From: Oopsacas minuta
Taxonomy: Eukaryota > Animalia > Porifera
Assembly: GCA_024704765.1 (NCBI GenBank)
Contig: JAKMXF010000353.1
Coordinates: forward strand, 142,649-160,821
Length of the DNA stretch: 18,173 nt
Direction: 5' to 3'
Below, in pieces: positions 1 to 10,661 of the stretch. The position numbers and the translations under genes were made by a program. The notes beneath the pieces are model-generated. The model was given only the letters and a program-made list of their open reading frames with translations, was not told the origin of the DNA and ran no database searches. Position 1 is the first letter of the stretch; each line of letters starts with the position of its first letter.

Positions 1-219
1 CCACCATACAGTCCCGATTTAAATCCCATGGACTATTCTGTATGGTCTATCTTGGAAAACAAGGCTTGTTCTGTGTCACACAACACAGTTAGCTCTCTAA
101 AGATTTCCTTGTGTCAAGAATGGGAGAAGATACCCCAAGAAACTCTGCGTGCCGCAGTAGAAGGATTCCCGAACAGACTCAGGGCTATCATTTCCAAAAA
201 GGGTGGTTATATTGAATAA
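1..219 (+). CDS. Tc1/mariner transposase C-terminal fragment (open from window start)
   Basis: Frame 1 reads PPYSPDLNPMDYSVWSILENK...LKISLCQEWEKIPQETLRAAVEGFPNRLRAIISKKGGYIE*. SPDLNPMD has Asp at the third catalytic position (DDxD type, like maT) rather than the Tc1 SPDLNPIE. Confidence 0.9.
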   Translation, partial: PPYSPDLNPMDYSVWSILENKACSVSHNTVSSLKISLCQEWEKIPQETLRAAVEGFPNRLRAIISKKGGYIE

Positions 220-341
220 ATGACTAGGCAATATCTTCCTCATAGTATGTATTAATTATGTATAGAAAATCAATAATGTAGGTCATGCTGAAAAAATATC
301 ATAGACAAAATGGTTTGTATCAGAACTTTGGAGCCACCCTG
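1..341 (+). mobile_element. Tc1/mariner-superfamily transposon (DD37D/maT-like), right end, truncated by window start
   Basis: Right TIR tggtttgtatcagaactttggagccaccctg (311-341) followed by TA (342-343); it is the near reverse complement of the left TIR cagggtggctccaaagtactgatacaaaatca at 17587. Transposase C-terminus lies upstream. Confidence 0.92.
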
Positions 342-351
342 TACTTACATT

Positions 352-3085
352 CAGTGGCGTAGCCAAGGGGGGGGCCATGGCCCCCCTGAAATTCTTATGA
401 CAAAACTATATGATTGTGAAATTTATTTACTCTTACACTACACAAAAATGAACTGTTATAATATAGTGTCTATATTTCGCTTACTTTTAGCCATGTCATC
501 TATGATATCATCTGGATGAATATCAATAACACGTCCATGGATTGAAATTAACACCAGACCGGTTAACCTCTCCTCTCCCATTGTATTTCTCAAATATGTT
601 TTTACCCTTTTTAATGTAGAAAAACTTCTTTCGCTGGTAGCAGTCGTGATCGGTAGTGTTGCAAAAATTTTGAGAATTTGAAACACTGCTGGCATTAAAT
701 ACTCATTGCATTCAGCTAATGAGTCCATTGCAGTTTCAGGTACTAACATTCACTTCTCTAAATTTTCAGTCCAAATATGCTCCTAGATTTTAAGCTGTGC
801 TTTGATCTCAGCACTACCAAAAGGCAAAAGAGATTTTATTGGTTCCATCACGTTTAACAGCTTATCCAGATTCATTTTTGCTCCATGACTTGGAATAAGA
901 TTTTGCAGGCTGAACATCTTTTCATTGTGTATCGAGAACCTTGAAGATAGATTGTCGATCAACCACTGGCAAGAGGGAATAAATACCTTTTCCTTATAAA
1001 AAACATCTTCTCGACCAATAAATTGGAGATTACTTCGGGAATGAACTCTTGGAAGAGCAACTGTTGATCCAAATATTTGAGCTTTTAATTTTGCATTACA
1101 GAAAACTTTCATTATGAAATCATCATCTTGTCGCTCCTTTTCAAGAATTGAAATTAATTTCTCAATGATAGAGCATATTCCAATCAGATCTAATCTTGGT
1201 GACTGTAGTTGTTTGGAAACTTGGAGAAAAAGAGCGCTTGGACCTTCTAAAACTGTGCAAGAATATATAAATTCGAAAGATGTGCATACACCAAGCGAGT
1301 TGATTCGCCTTTGCTGCTGTTTCTCCTGTTAACACAGTTAGCTCCTCCAAAGCACCAACAATTCCATGAAAACCAATATTGTATCATGCCTTTCAACCCA
1401 TCTTGTTTCACAAAGAGATTTTAATCGCTGACGCTTCGATTCAGGGACTACTGCTTGAATGGCACACTTTAGTCTCTCCTCTCATAATGGGTACCCATGG
1501 AAAAATGAAATAATTGATGATAGATTAGAGAATGTATTGCCGAGAACGATGGTACTAGCTTTTGCGATCGCAAGATTTAAACAGTGAGAAGAACAATGGA
1601 TATAGTGGGCCATTGGATACTTTTTACGGATGCAAGCCTGTACGCCTTTGAATTTACCTGCCATTCCACTAGCCCCATCTAAACCAATTCCAACCAAATT
1701 ATCCAAGTCAGGACCAACAGAAAGACAGAACTCTCAATTGAGTTCGCTATTCCTTCACCTGTGAGGTCAAAAACAGTTACAATCCGAGGAAGCTCTCCAT
1801 TAACATGGAAGAACTTTCATTTGTGGTAGTATAACGGACAGAGATTGATAATTGTTCATGAGCTGAAACATCAGCTGACTCATCAGCTAAAATGGAAAAG
1901 GACCACATTTCTGGACTTCGGTAACAATTTTCTGAGTTATCAGTGCGCCAGTGATATTGATTATCTCGTTTTGGATTATTGGGCTTAAATACTTAGCATT
2001 TGCTCCACAGGACGACAAATGACCTTTCAAAACCGTATCCCCCCTTTTAGACGTAAACGAAGTGCAGCACGAAAGTTGCCATCGTTTTGCTTCGGTTCTT
2101 CAATTATCAGTTTTTCAGACTCTCCCCGATGTCCACGAAATGTCAACTCTTGTCGACCTAGAAACAAGATTATCTCAATGATCGGCACTAGTCTCTTGCG
2201 GTTCAAATGTTTTATTTTGATCCGTTCTTGGTTGAGCTGGTCTCGAACATCTAACCCAGGATTCTCAAATACACGTTTGAAAGCTTCGCTTTTTGCACAA
2301 CATTCTCTGTGATAAGCTAGCTTACTGTGATTGTCATAGTGATTGATTGCATTCTTATAGCCAGTGAATGGGTGTATTACTAAATAACCAACTTTCTGTG
2401 TTCCACCCTTACCCACTCGTTTATCATTTCTATCCAAAAAGATGACGCAAATTTTACAAAAGGCACCAGTCAAGCATTCAGAGTATACAAGCCAAGGATA
2501 ATTACGTAACCAACTACGATTAAAATACCTTTTCCGACCTCCCTGAATAATGGGAGGGAAAATAAAATTGCTGGGGGAGGAGTCCAACATTTAGTTAATA
2601 GTTCAAATCTGAGATCCATATCAACAGGCTCTTGATCAGAGATATAAAAACCAAAGTCTATTGATTCGGAATAAGAATATTACCTACACTGTGTGAAGAT
2701 AAGGGAAGTAGCTGCTCTACTTCTTCAAGATGAGAATTGGAGCCTTCCAGATCCTGTGATAATGATGCTTCCGGATCGGAATAGCTTCCAGATGTATTAG
2801 AAGTATGTTCAATTCGAGGTTGTTTGGAGATAAAAAAGTCGAGAATTCTTCCTAAACGTTTGGACATTATGAATGAAGTTTTTGAATCTATCCAGTTTAG
2901 TTAGCAGCTCATTATATACGGTACTGATATAAGTGGTAGACATAATACATATATCAAAGAAGTCATACTCACAATTGATAATAAAATTACACAATTAAAC
3001 GGCTTCTATGATGATTGGTCTAGTACATTTTTTAAGAACGGAAAGCCATGGCCCCCCCCATGGGATATTTCTAGCTACGCCACTG
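352..3085 (-). mobile_element. Full-length hAT DNA transposon (ZMYM1/THAP12-PRKRIR-like transposase clade)
   Basis: 12-bp perfect TIR cagtggcgtagc (352-363) / gctacgccactg (3074-3085); identical 8-bp TSD cttacatt at 344-351 and 3086-3093; subterminal ggccatggcccccc-type palindromes at both ends. Confidence 0.97.
456..2867 (-). pseudogene. hAT transposase, disrupted by several frameshifts and stops
   Basis: Collinear fragments: TTF-type zinc finger (RYFNRSWLRNYPWLVYSECLTGAFCKIC), RGHRGE...DGNFRAAL, first Asp (LADESADVS), second Asp (LDGASGM), HCSSHCLNL, ETRWVER, and dimerisation domain with catalytic Glu (LPITTATSERSFSTLKRVKTYLRNTMGEERL). Fragments lie in different frames (ORFs 2658-2867, 2027-2590, 1482-1706, 783-1112, 456-749). 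Confidence 0.93.
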
Positions 3086-3090
3086 CTTAC

Positions 3091-3219
3091 ATTAATGAGG
3101 TAGGACACAGGCACAACCTGCCCCACCCTCGCACCGCCTCTGAAAAAGATGCATTTGTGCCCGTTAACGGAGGTAAAATGCATTAATAATTCAATTTGGA
3201 CCCAATCATTGTCCGCCAT
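3091..3219 (-). CDS. Candidate first coding exon (43 codons) of a neighbouring unidentified gene
   Basis: ATGGCGGAC start in a locally GC-rich patch, open for MADNDWVQIELLMHFTSVNGHKCIFFRGGARVGQVVPVSYLIN, ending at AAT|GTAAG. No recognised domain. Confidence 0.3.
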
Positions 3220-3391
3220 TTAAAGTTCGCAGTCGTTCGCTTGCTTTTTTATTAGACACATGCTAAATTCAATCAGTGCCGCGGGGGATGTCCGTAGTAG
3301 TGATGGATTTGCATTGCATTAACGAACCCGGCGCCCTGAATGGACCCGATACCACTCGTGTTTCAGGGAGAAAATAATGAATTTGTTTTTA

Positions 3392-3621
3392 TAGTGGAAC
3401 CTCCATAATCCGACACCTCTATAATCCGAGTGTTTCTGATCTAAAATAACTTCTGAAAATACAAAATTCGCCCGCATAATCCAACACTATTTTCATGTCC
3501 TAACGAGTGTCGGATTATGCAGGTGAATTTGCATTAGCGGAAGCTATTTCAGATAATAAACACTGTCGGATTACAGAGGTATTCCTGATAATACAGATGC
3601 CGGATTATTCACGATCCAAGG
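3392..3621. mobile_element. Degenerate pogo/Tigger-like MITE
   Basis: TA then tagtggaacctccataatccgac (resembles a CAGTGGAACCTC-type TIR); three forward ataatcc(g/a)a motifs (3405-3485) mirrored by three (g/c)cggatta motifs (3508-3608); right end decayed. Confidence 0.6.
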
Positions 3622-3756
3622 TATGTATTAAGCATTATCCCATAAAGAGTACATAATGGCCAGTGAGAAGATGATCGTTGTGAGTAGCAAAAAATCTAAA
3701 ACAATTTCTTAATTAAATATAAGTAATTGACACAAACAAGTAAAAATTTCAAATAA

Positions 3757-4283
3757 TTAATTTAAAAATGTGTATCTGTTAAGAAATCTATATTTTTTAA
3801 TTGCAGATTCAACCATTGTTTTCGCATCCTGACCCCAATCAATACTGTGTCTACTCTTCGTAGTGCTAGAGAACACACTTTTAGAAGCTTTTTCAAGATA
3901 ATATTCCCCGCAATAAATATCCATATGGTTACACATCCGTTTTATGAATAATAGAGGATTGGAGATCAAATCTTCATGATTGAGAGTTAGAACTCTTTCT
4001 CCGAAATAATCTATATATCTTTGTATTTTCTCGTATAGCACAAACTGTTGCTTAATAACAGATACTAAAATATCAGGTCGGTTGACAGTTGTACCAGACT
4101 TGATTACCTGATTGCGGGATGAAAGTCTATATAGAAGAACCGTTGCTATATTATCGTAAGGATTGCGTACAATGTGAAAGAATTTGACTTGGTAACCAAC
4201 GAAATCTTTGAATCTCTCTAGCAGTTGAATAAAGTTCGTTGATTCATCATTTCCTTTGTCATAGTCAACTAGCTGATTATCTT
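3757..4283 (-). CDS. Sulfotransferase gene, exon 4 (last): catalytic domain C-terminal half
   Basis: Acceptor ttccatcctttag|A at 4284/4283 (phase 1). The frame is open well upstream of the ORF-track start: DNQLVDYDKGNDESTNFIQLLERFKDFVGYQVKFFHIVRNPYDNIAT (3'-phosphate-binding motif)...LNHEDLISNP...WGQDAKTMVESAIKKYRFLNRYTFLN*. Confidence 0.88.
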
Positions 4284-4369
4284 CTAAAGGATGGAATCGT
4301 AATTACAGAAATAATAACTATTGAATTAGTAAATTAATTCAATTTCAGCCATAATGAGCATGATAGAAT

Positions 4370-5455
4370 TGTCCGACTAATATGAAGAAATAGTTCGACT
4401 TTGCAAAAATAGAAAAACTCTAATCAATTATGGGGATTTGTTCTAACCATAGACGTAACTAGGGCAATTTTGGGTGGGCAGATGCCTACCCAGGTTCGAC
4501 TTAACCATAATAGGAAAAAGTATAGGGTTGGAAGGTAGTCATGACATCACCATTGCCAACCCAGACTCAGGAGCCTAGTTGCGGCTACCTATAATATTAC
4601 AAAAGAACGATATTCTGTCCTAAATGTCTTGATACAATTCGCAAATATGTCAAAAATTGTGAAAGGTGTAGACTCAATACTTATTCACTCAAACGTCCAA
4701 TTGAGCCACTTAAGCCCCTACCTGTAATTGCTAGGCCGTGGTATCGTGTAGGGATGGATCTGACTGGACATTTGATCATACCAATATATTCTTACGATGG
4801 TGGATCATTTCACAAAATTTGTTGAAACGAGAAAATTAAGAAACAAAGAAACTAAAGAATTTGCGAGAGATGTATTCTCTATTGCAGCAAAGGTGTACCT
4901 ACTCAGATAATAACAATCATGGAAAAGAATTCATTGATGGCAGAACTCCAGGAAAATTTTAATTTCAGATTGATATTTTCTGCCCCTTATCATCCACAAA
5001 CAATCTTACCACAAAGGTATTAAAAGATATCTTTGCAAAAGTTTAACAGAAAAATAGATCTATGGTCTGACCACTTGGAACATATAACATTCTCTATTAT
5101 CACTAGAAATCGTCTAGATTCAACTGGGTTTTCAGCATTTGAACTTATGCATGGTTTCGTAACGCCCGTACCTCAATTGATGAGGAGAACGCTATGCTAA
5201 ACGAATACGAGTTGGGGGTAAACAGCGATTTAGTGATGGAGTACAGCCAAGAAATCGAACACCTTGGACAAAATATCAATGAAATTGTTTCTACAAACCT
5301 TCAGTCTTCCAAAATAAGGATGAAGAAGTGATACGACAAGAAGATCAATCCTAAAGCGAAATGTAAAGTTACGAGTGGGAGACAAAATACTTATACCAAA
5401 TAGAAAAAGAATGAAAGGGAAACTTGAAGATCTTTGGCAAGGCCCTTTCCCCTAA
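4370..5455 (+). pseudogene. Gypsy/Ginger-type integrase relic (zinc-binding region, DDE core, GPY/F domain)
   Basis: Multi-frame read: TYNITKERY..IRKYVKNCERC (CxxC 4658-4669), PWYRVGMDLTG (Asp 4757), YILTMVDHFTKFVE, GVPTQII..NHGKEF, SAPYHPQT (4985; following catalytic Glu region deleted), STGFSAFELMHG, YDKK, VGDKILI, LEDLWQGPF (5435-5449). Many indels. Confidence 0.85.
4448..4589. mobile_element. Small hAT-like MITE interrupting the integrase zinc-binding region
   Basis: Imperfect TIRs catagacgtaactagg (4448-4463) and cctagttgcggctacc (4574-4589); integrase-like sequence resumes on both sides (..YGICS | TYNITKERY). No clean TSD. Confidence 0.55.
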
Positions 5456-5639
5456 AAAAATAAATCTTGAAACCCGTAATTGTTAACAAAGGAAAGGCGT
5501 TTCTCCAAATAAAGTGTAGTCCGGTATGCAGATATTGATAAAATACTACTTTACTATCCCCTTGAAAATACTTATTCTTTAGGTAAAGCTGTATAGTAAA
5601 CTGAACTGAAGATAGAGATGAACCAGAAACAAGCATTTC

Positions 5640-7611
5640 TATTCCTAAGTATAGTGATTATTTAAATTTCGGAACGGATGACTTCACACCTAAATCAGAA
5701 CTCTTAAATGTAGAGGAAGTGAGAAGAATTCCAAACATTGAAGAAAAGATAATTGACATTTTAAACTCGATGAGCATCGATAATTTGTAGTTTTCGATCA
5801 GAAAAATATTTTTCAGAGCTGCATAGCTAACTTCATAAAAGATTGAGCCAAAATCGAAAAGATATCTAAGAATTCTTCCCAAATGTACGCCAACTAACTT
5901 GCAATTCCTTTGATATAATCGAAACAATTATGCAATGGTACAAAGAAGCGATGAATGCAAATGTGAAATCTTGGCTTATGACTGATGAAGACAGGGAAAA
6001 AGCATTCTTTTGGGACAAAAAAACAATTGATTATGTAACAAAAGTGCTATATCCAGTTCTAAGTGATATTATAGCTCCTCAATTAGACAGAAATTCTGAA
6101 ATTCCTATTTCGAATGAATCTTATGAATCCTTTCAACCCATTCATCAACAATCTATAGGATCTTCCCTGTCAGAATTGGAGTTAATGTCTGCCGATTGGG
6201 GAGGAAGTTCGAAATCGATGCGTTTCACTAACACTTGCTCAATAGACAACCTACTGATATTGATACACCTAAACATTATTCCATCCTACAACTAATTTCT
6301 AACAAAGCAATAAAATTAACAGATGAAGGATACGAATATTTTCGATTAATCAAATTGGGAGATTTAAATGAGACAAGACATTGGTTAGCAGAGAAGCTTA
6401 AACTCACAGTTCGATGTAATAAAACTTATGGCTTCTATGGATCTGAAGGGCCATTTGTTAACCAAGTTACAGGTTCTGATAAAAATCTATCAGCCTATCT
6501 ATGTTGGAACTGCTTACACTTTCTGAAAGAACTCTCAACCTGTCGCCCTTGTATAAATTCGTTGAAAGTTGTCAAATTCTATAGACTCTCAGATGGCAAG
6601 ATCAACATGTGATAAAATGTAGAGATCAGAAAGCTTGATTTGAAAACACTGGTTGCCAATTTATGGATTATCCATTATTATTCATAATGGAGGTGGGCCA
6701 CTTATCACTTGAAAACGTTGAAGTGATAAATATAACCGTTTCAATTATCGACAAAGACAGATCTATTATATTTAACTTACTTGGCTATACTATTCATAAT
6801 TCGGATCATTTTTGCCTTTGATTTAATCTAGATCAGTGCTTCTCAAACTTTTCTATGTCACGACCCCAAAATTTCTTCATCACAATTCCACGGACCCCTG
6901 CTTTTTGTCTCTTTTTAGTAAATATAATTTGCTATTATTATTGTATTATATCAGTGTTATCAATTAACCTATCTTCATCAGATCCCGAAATGTCTTGACA
7001 ATCTGTATAAAGTCCATTACTCTTAGTTAGGTAAGTATCCAATTTCCTTGCTTTCGTTTGGCCATAAATTTCGTTTTCAACGATACCAAATTAATAACTA
7101 AAAAATTAATAGATATTTGCAAAGGTACAATCTGTTTAAATAATATCAATTGAAGCTATAGCTATCCTTAACACAGGATGATTGTATGCATTTAACGCTC
7201 TATGTTATATGTTTGCAGGGTGACATAAGTCTAAATAGCATTCTGGGAAGTGGAATAAGTGGAATTTGTTTACAATTCGAGGAAAGCAAAAGGAATTCCG
7301 AAATTATCGTAGAAGTTGTGTGGAATAACTAAAACTTTAAAGAATAAATTTGCGTAAATCACTTTCCATAACCGTTCCGCGGACCCCAGTTTGAGTATTC
7401 AATTCTAAAGGATGAATGGTTCTACTATGATGACATGACAAGACCGAAAGTATCGAAAATTGAGAACACTAATCTAAGAAGTCATGAAATCATAAGTTAT
7501 ATTCTACATTATAAGCCCCTGAGATATATCTTATCATTGTCTAGGACTCTAGATTTTAGTAAGCATAACTTAGATTCTTCCTTCAAAATATATTTTCTCA
7601 TTGATCACTAA
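5640..7611 (+). pseudogene. Decayed ORF with a ubiquitin-specific protease (peptidase C19)-like domain, downstream of the integrase
   Basis: Cys box WGGSSKSMRFTNTCSIDNLL (Cys 6236-6238); CxxC pair YLCWNC and TCDKCR (second needs removal of one A in gataaaatgt near 6611-6620); His box IFNLLGYTIHNSDHFCL (His 6807-6809); after the nested MITE, DEWFYYDDM (7411-7437) and terminal ISYILHY (7492-7512). Confidence 0.7.
6834..7403. mobile_element. Charlie-type hAT MITE splitting the protease His and Asp boxes
   Basis: Left end cagtgcttctcaaacttttctatgtcacgacccc at 6834; decayed right end ccgcggaccccagtttgag at 7377-7395; protease-like motifs flank it on both sides. Confidence 0.7.
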
Positions 7612-8421
7612 AGAATACCTTATTTTTACGGTTGATTATTTTCTAAATATGGTGAAGGTCACGAGATGAGAAACCATATATATATTGTTGTTAAAATATG
7701 TTTTTTCTTCGTGAACGCCACTGGTCACTTTTGTCTGGCCTCTAACAAAAAATTATGAAAGGAAAGGTGCCAAAATTTTCACACCTTTCTACTCTTCTAG
7801 AAATTTATATTGGCTATAGTTTTTCGCAAAAGGTAAATGAAAAATATTCATTTTAGAGCACTATGCCATTAATAATAATTCTATTGTTCTTAGATGTTGA
7901 ATATTTATTAGTTAAACAATTTGACAACACATAGTGTTTGGACACATTCACAAACCTTTTGTAAATTTTTGCTATATTAACGTGACTCATAACCCTATTT
8001 TTATGAAACTTAGATTAATACTTACAATTGATTAAGTGTAGTGGATGTTAGGACGGACCCATTGGCCACCATAACCATGAGTCACCATATTGGTGGTGAC
8101 GGTAGTGACAAAGCAAATTTTTCAAAAATTGAGAATTCGAAAAATTACGTGAAACATGAGTGCTTGCATACATTTAAAAAATTTTTGGTATTTTTGATAA
8201 GTCATCATGACGTCAAGGAATAGTAGAATGCTTATAACTCATGAGATAGAAAAATACTTACAATTAGTGAAATGTAGTAGATGCTAAATGGGATACATTT
8301 CCCATGATAATAATGATGTCACCATAGTAAAGGATGATGACATGGCAAAATTTTCAATGTTCAGATTTTGAAAATTTGACAATATTGTAATGTTTTATTC
8401 AATTTTACAATAAACTGCGAA

Positions 8422-8637
8422 AAAATATAAAATTAGAACCTGTGGCTACAGCTTAGCCTATAGATTAAATTTGTTTAAAGTGGCACTATTAATTGGAGGC
8501 ACTATGAAAAGAAATTTAATCAAATACACCTAGTGCCTTGAATTACTAGTGCAACTGATTCAGTAGACTATTTAATCAATAGAATAAATTTAACCAATAT
8601 AACTAAGCTGTCGGTACAGGTTGTAATTTTATATTTT
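8422..8637. repeat. Foldback (long imperfect inverted repeat), probably a MITE
   Basis: aaaatataaaattagaacctgtggctacagcttag (8422-) mirrors ctaagctgtcggtacaggttgtaattttatatttt (-8637); inner agtggcactattaattggaggcacta mirrors tagtgccttgaattactagtgcaact. Confidence 0.75.
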
Positions 8638-8842
8638 AAATTTCATTTGGAAAGCAATTTCCATCAAACTGAGATGGCGAGGCACTCTCACTCTTTGAAA
8701 AAGAGGACGGCCTGGCCTGAGCCTCCTATCTCTAAACATGGCAACGCCGCAGAATGCGGCCTCAGCACGACCAAAATGATTGCTTCATGACACAGCAATA
8801 TTCAAAATTACTCTACTATAAAATGAGAAACATTTTCCTTAC

Positions 8843-9258
8843 GTTTATCTCCAATAATCTGTATGTAGTCCTTGTATTCTCCCTGAAATAATCCTGGTAT
8901 ATCCAGTGTATAGTACTTTAGGTTAAAAGTTTTACTCCTGGTACCGCCATAGTTATGTATATCAGACCAAGCAGCGTTCTTAATATTTCTAAACAATTCC
9001 AATTTATTAAATTTGGGTGCTTTTCCACTTAGAGATTTAGCCCATCTCAGGACAGGATTGAATTCGTTAGATAGAACTACGTGTGGGTGGGCGTCTAATA
9101 GAGCTCCTACTATACTAGCACCACTGCGTGGATACCCTAAGAATACGATAAAGTTCTTTAGCTTATTCACTGAACTACCGTTTCCGAATATACTCGTGTC
9201 TTCACGACTCACTGTATCTTTAGGATAACAATCCTTATACGTGCTCTTGAGTGTATTT
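8843..9258 (-). CDS. Sulfotransferase gene, exon 3: 5'-phosphosulfate-binding loop
   Basis: Acceptor gttctatag|A (9259/9258, phase 2) and donor AAAC|GTAAGG (8843/8842, phase 1). Encodes FIVFLGYPRSGASIVGALLDAHPHVVLSNEF...YTLDIPGLFQGEYKDYIQIIGDK, typical of TPST-like/Sulfotransfer_3 enzymes. Confidence 0.9.
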
Positions 9259-9282
9259 CTATAGAACATACAATCATATTTA

Positions 9283-9366
9283 CAGTGGAGTTCGCCTATT
9301 AGAAGGTAGTATTATAAAGGAAGTTCCTTGCTAATAGCTATTACAAAATGAACTATTCTGATTATA
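9283..9366. mobile_element. Left end of a Tigger-like element, interrupted by the next MITE
   Basis: TA (9281-9282) then cagtggagttcgcctattag; partner end not found. Confidence 0.4.
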
Positions 9367-9850
9367 CAGGTATCCCTCGCTGTTCGAGGGGTTAAGTTCC
9401 TGTAAATTGTCGTGAACGACAAATTCGCGAACAGCGTGACTAAAGCATAATGAAGATAGTGGGGTACGTTCCTAGATTCAGGTTATGAGTGAAATTATAG
9501 GCTTTATTCACAAATTGAGTAAAAAATCAAGAGTTTTAATACCTGGCCCCTCGGGTGAAAATGGGAATCTTGTTTCTTGAAAATATCATTTTTTAGTCTT
9601 ACCACATATAAAAAACTACAATATTTGAAGCAGTGGATTACATGATATTTATAAAGCAAATGGAGAATATACAAATTCAATACATCTGATGGTAATAGAA
9701 AATATATGAAATATTTAACTGTAAAATTTTCGATCATAACTGATGTGTGAAGTGAAAACCTCGAATAGTCGAGGGAATGGTCGCGAACAACAAAACTAAC
9801 ACAAAATCTCATCCGCGAACTGTAGACACGGGAACGGTGAGGGCTGCCTG
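9367..9850. mobile_element. pogo/Tigger-like MITE
   Basis: TA|caggtatccctcgctgttcg ... ggaacggtgagggctgcctg|TA: about 20-bp imperfect TIRs with TA on both sides; internal cgcgaac subterminal motifs; no coding capacity. Confidence 0.85.
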
Positions 9851-9879
9851 TACTCTATATTAGTAGTTCTCAGAGCATC

Positions 9880-10250
9880 AAATTTATCGGAAGGTGGAGT
9901 GGCGCACCATTTTTGAGGAGCGAACGCACCGGAGCGGCGCTCAAATTTTATCGCAAACAATTCACAAATTTCATCGTTCTTCTGCTTAAAATTCAAGATT
10001 ATTGCTATGAAATGTGATTACTGGATCACTGTTTCCTAATTGACAGTAACATATTTTGTTTGAAATGGTTTGACGTCGCACATTTTAGCAATTTCCTGAA
10101 AGTACAATATCCAAATAATTAAATAAATACAAATATAATCTAAATCTGAAGGCTGAAAGGAGTACAATTGGAGCACGGTACATTTTTAAGGAGCGGGAGT
10201 GCGGTCCATTTTGTGTAAGGAGCGGAGGTGAGAGCGACGCTCCTTGTTAA
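9880..10250. repeat. Non-coding element with clustered ggagcg/ccatttt subterminal-type repeats
   Basis: Repeated ggagcg motifs with catttt spacers at 9895-9945 and 10155-10245; ends not defined. Confidence 0.4.
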
Positions 10251-10459
10251 GTATTTTTTCTGCAAAAAGACCTAAGATTTGTAGAGAGTCTAGAGTCTAG
10301 ACCCAAGCAAACTAAATCAAAATCAATGGTTATATGGCTAATAACCATATAGTAGGGACCATTTTTGGCAAAACAGCTGACGAAATTTGACCAAACACGA
10401 TTAAGTATAGTTTTCTGTAAAATACCACCAAGGATTTATAGTAAGTGTACGAGTGTAGA

Positions 10460-10542
10460 CCCGAAATCGTAACACTCACAACGAGATCGTGAGAGTTGAG
10501 CCCTGAGTATGGTCATGACCCATGTAAGTTTGAGAAAACCTG
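10460..10542. mobile_element. Two stacked hAT-type right ends
   Basis: gatcgtgagagttgagccctg ends at 10505 (same family as the 17253 end); aagtttgagaaaacctg ends at 10542 (Charlie-type, compare 6834). Confidence 0.55.
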
Positions 10543-10661
10543 CTTTATATTATAGAACAAAGATTTTTGGCCATCTGAGGGATTTTGTAATGTCACTGAT
10601 ATTGAATATAACTGAATAAACGTAGAATACAATGTAATAATACATAGAACATTGAAGTTAC

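Noticed and set aside
1114-2312. Plus-strand ORFs 1114-1332 and 2019-2312 (also 310-519)
   Set aside because: Antisense shadows of the hAT transposase or read-through across TE ends.
3320-3340. cccggcgccct, matching the 3' end of U11 snRNA as I recall it
   Set aside because: Only about 11 nt; no Sm site or U11 5' sequence nearby.
3656-3861. Plus-strand MASEKMIV|GTGAGT...ttgcAG|IQPLFS mini-gene
   Set aside because: The apparent acceptor is the antisense of sulfotransferase codons (SAIKKY), and the spliced product stops after 26 aa.
4490-4505. ggttcgact, a tRNA T-loop/B-box-like motif
   Set aside because: No A-box or cloverleaf; lies inside a small TIR element.
5391-5927. Minus-strand ORFs 5391-5636 and 5658-5927
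   Set aside because: Antisense to the integrase-protease relic; no motifs or splice support.
9013-9996. ORFs 9013-9228 (+), 9504-9812 (-) and 9796-9996 (-)
   Set aside because: Antisense to sulfotransferase exon 3, or inside and across non-coding MITEs.
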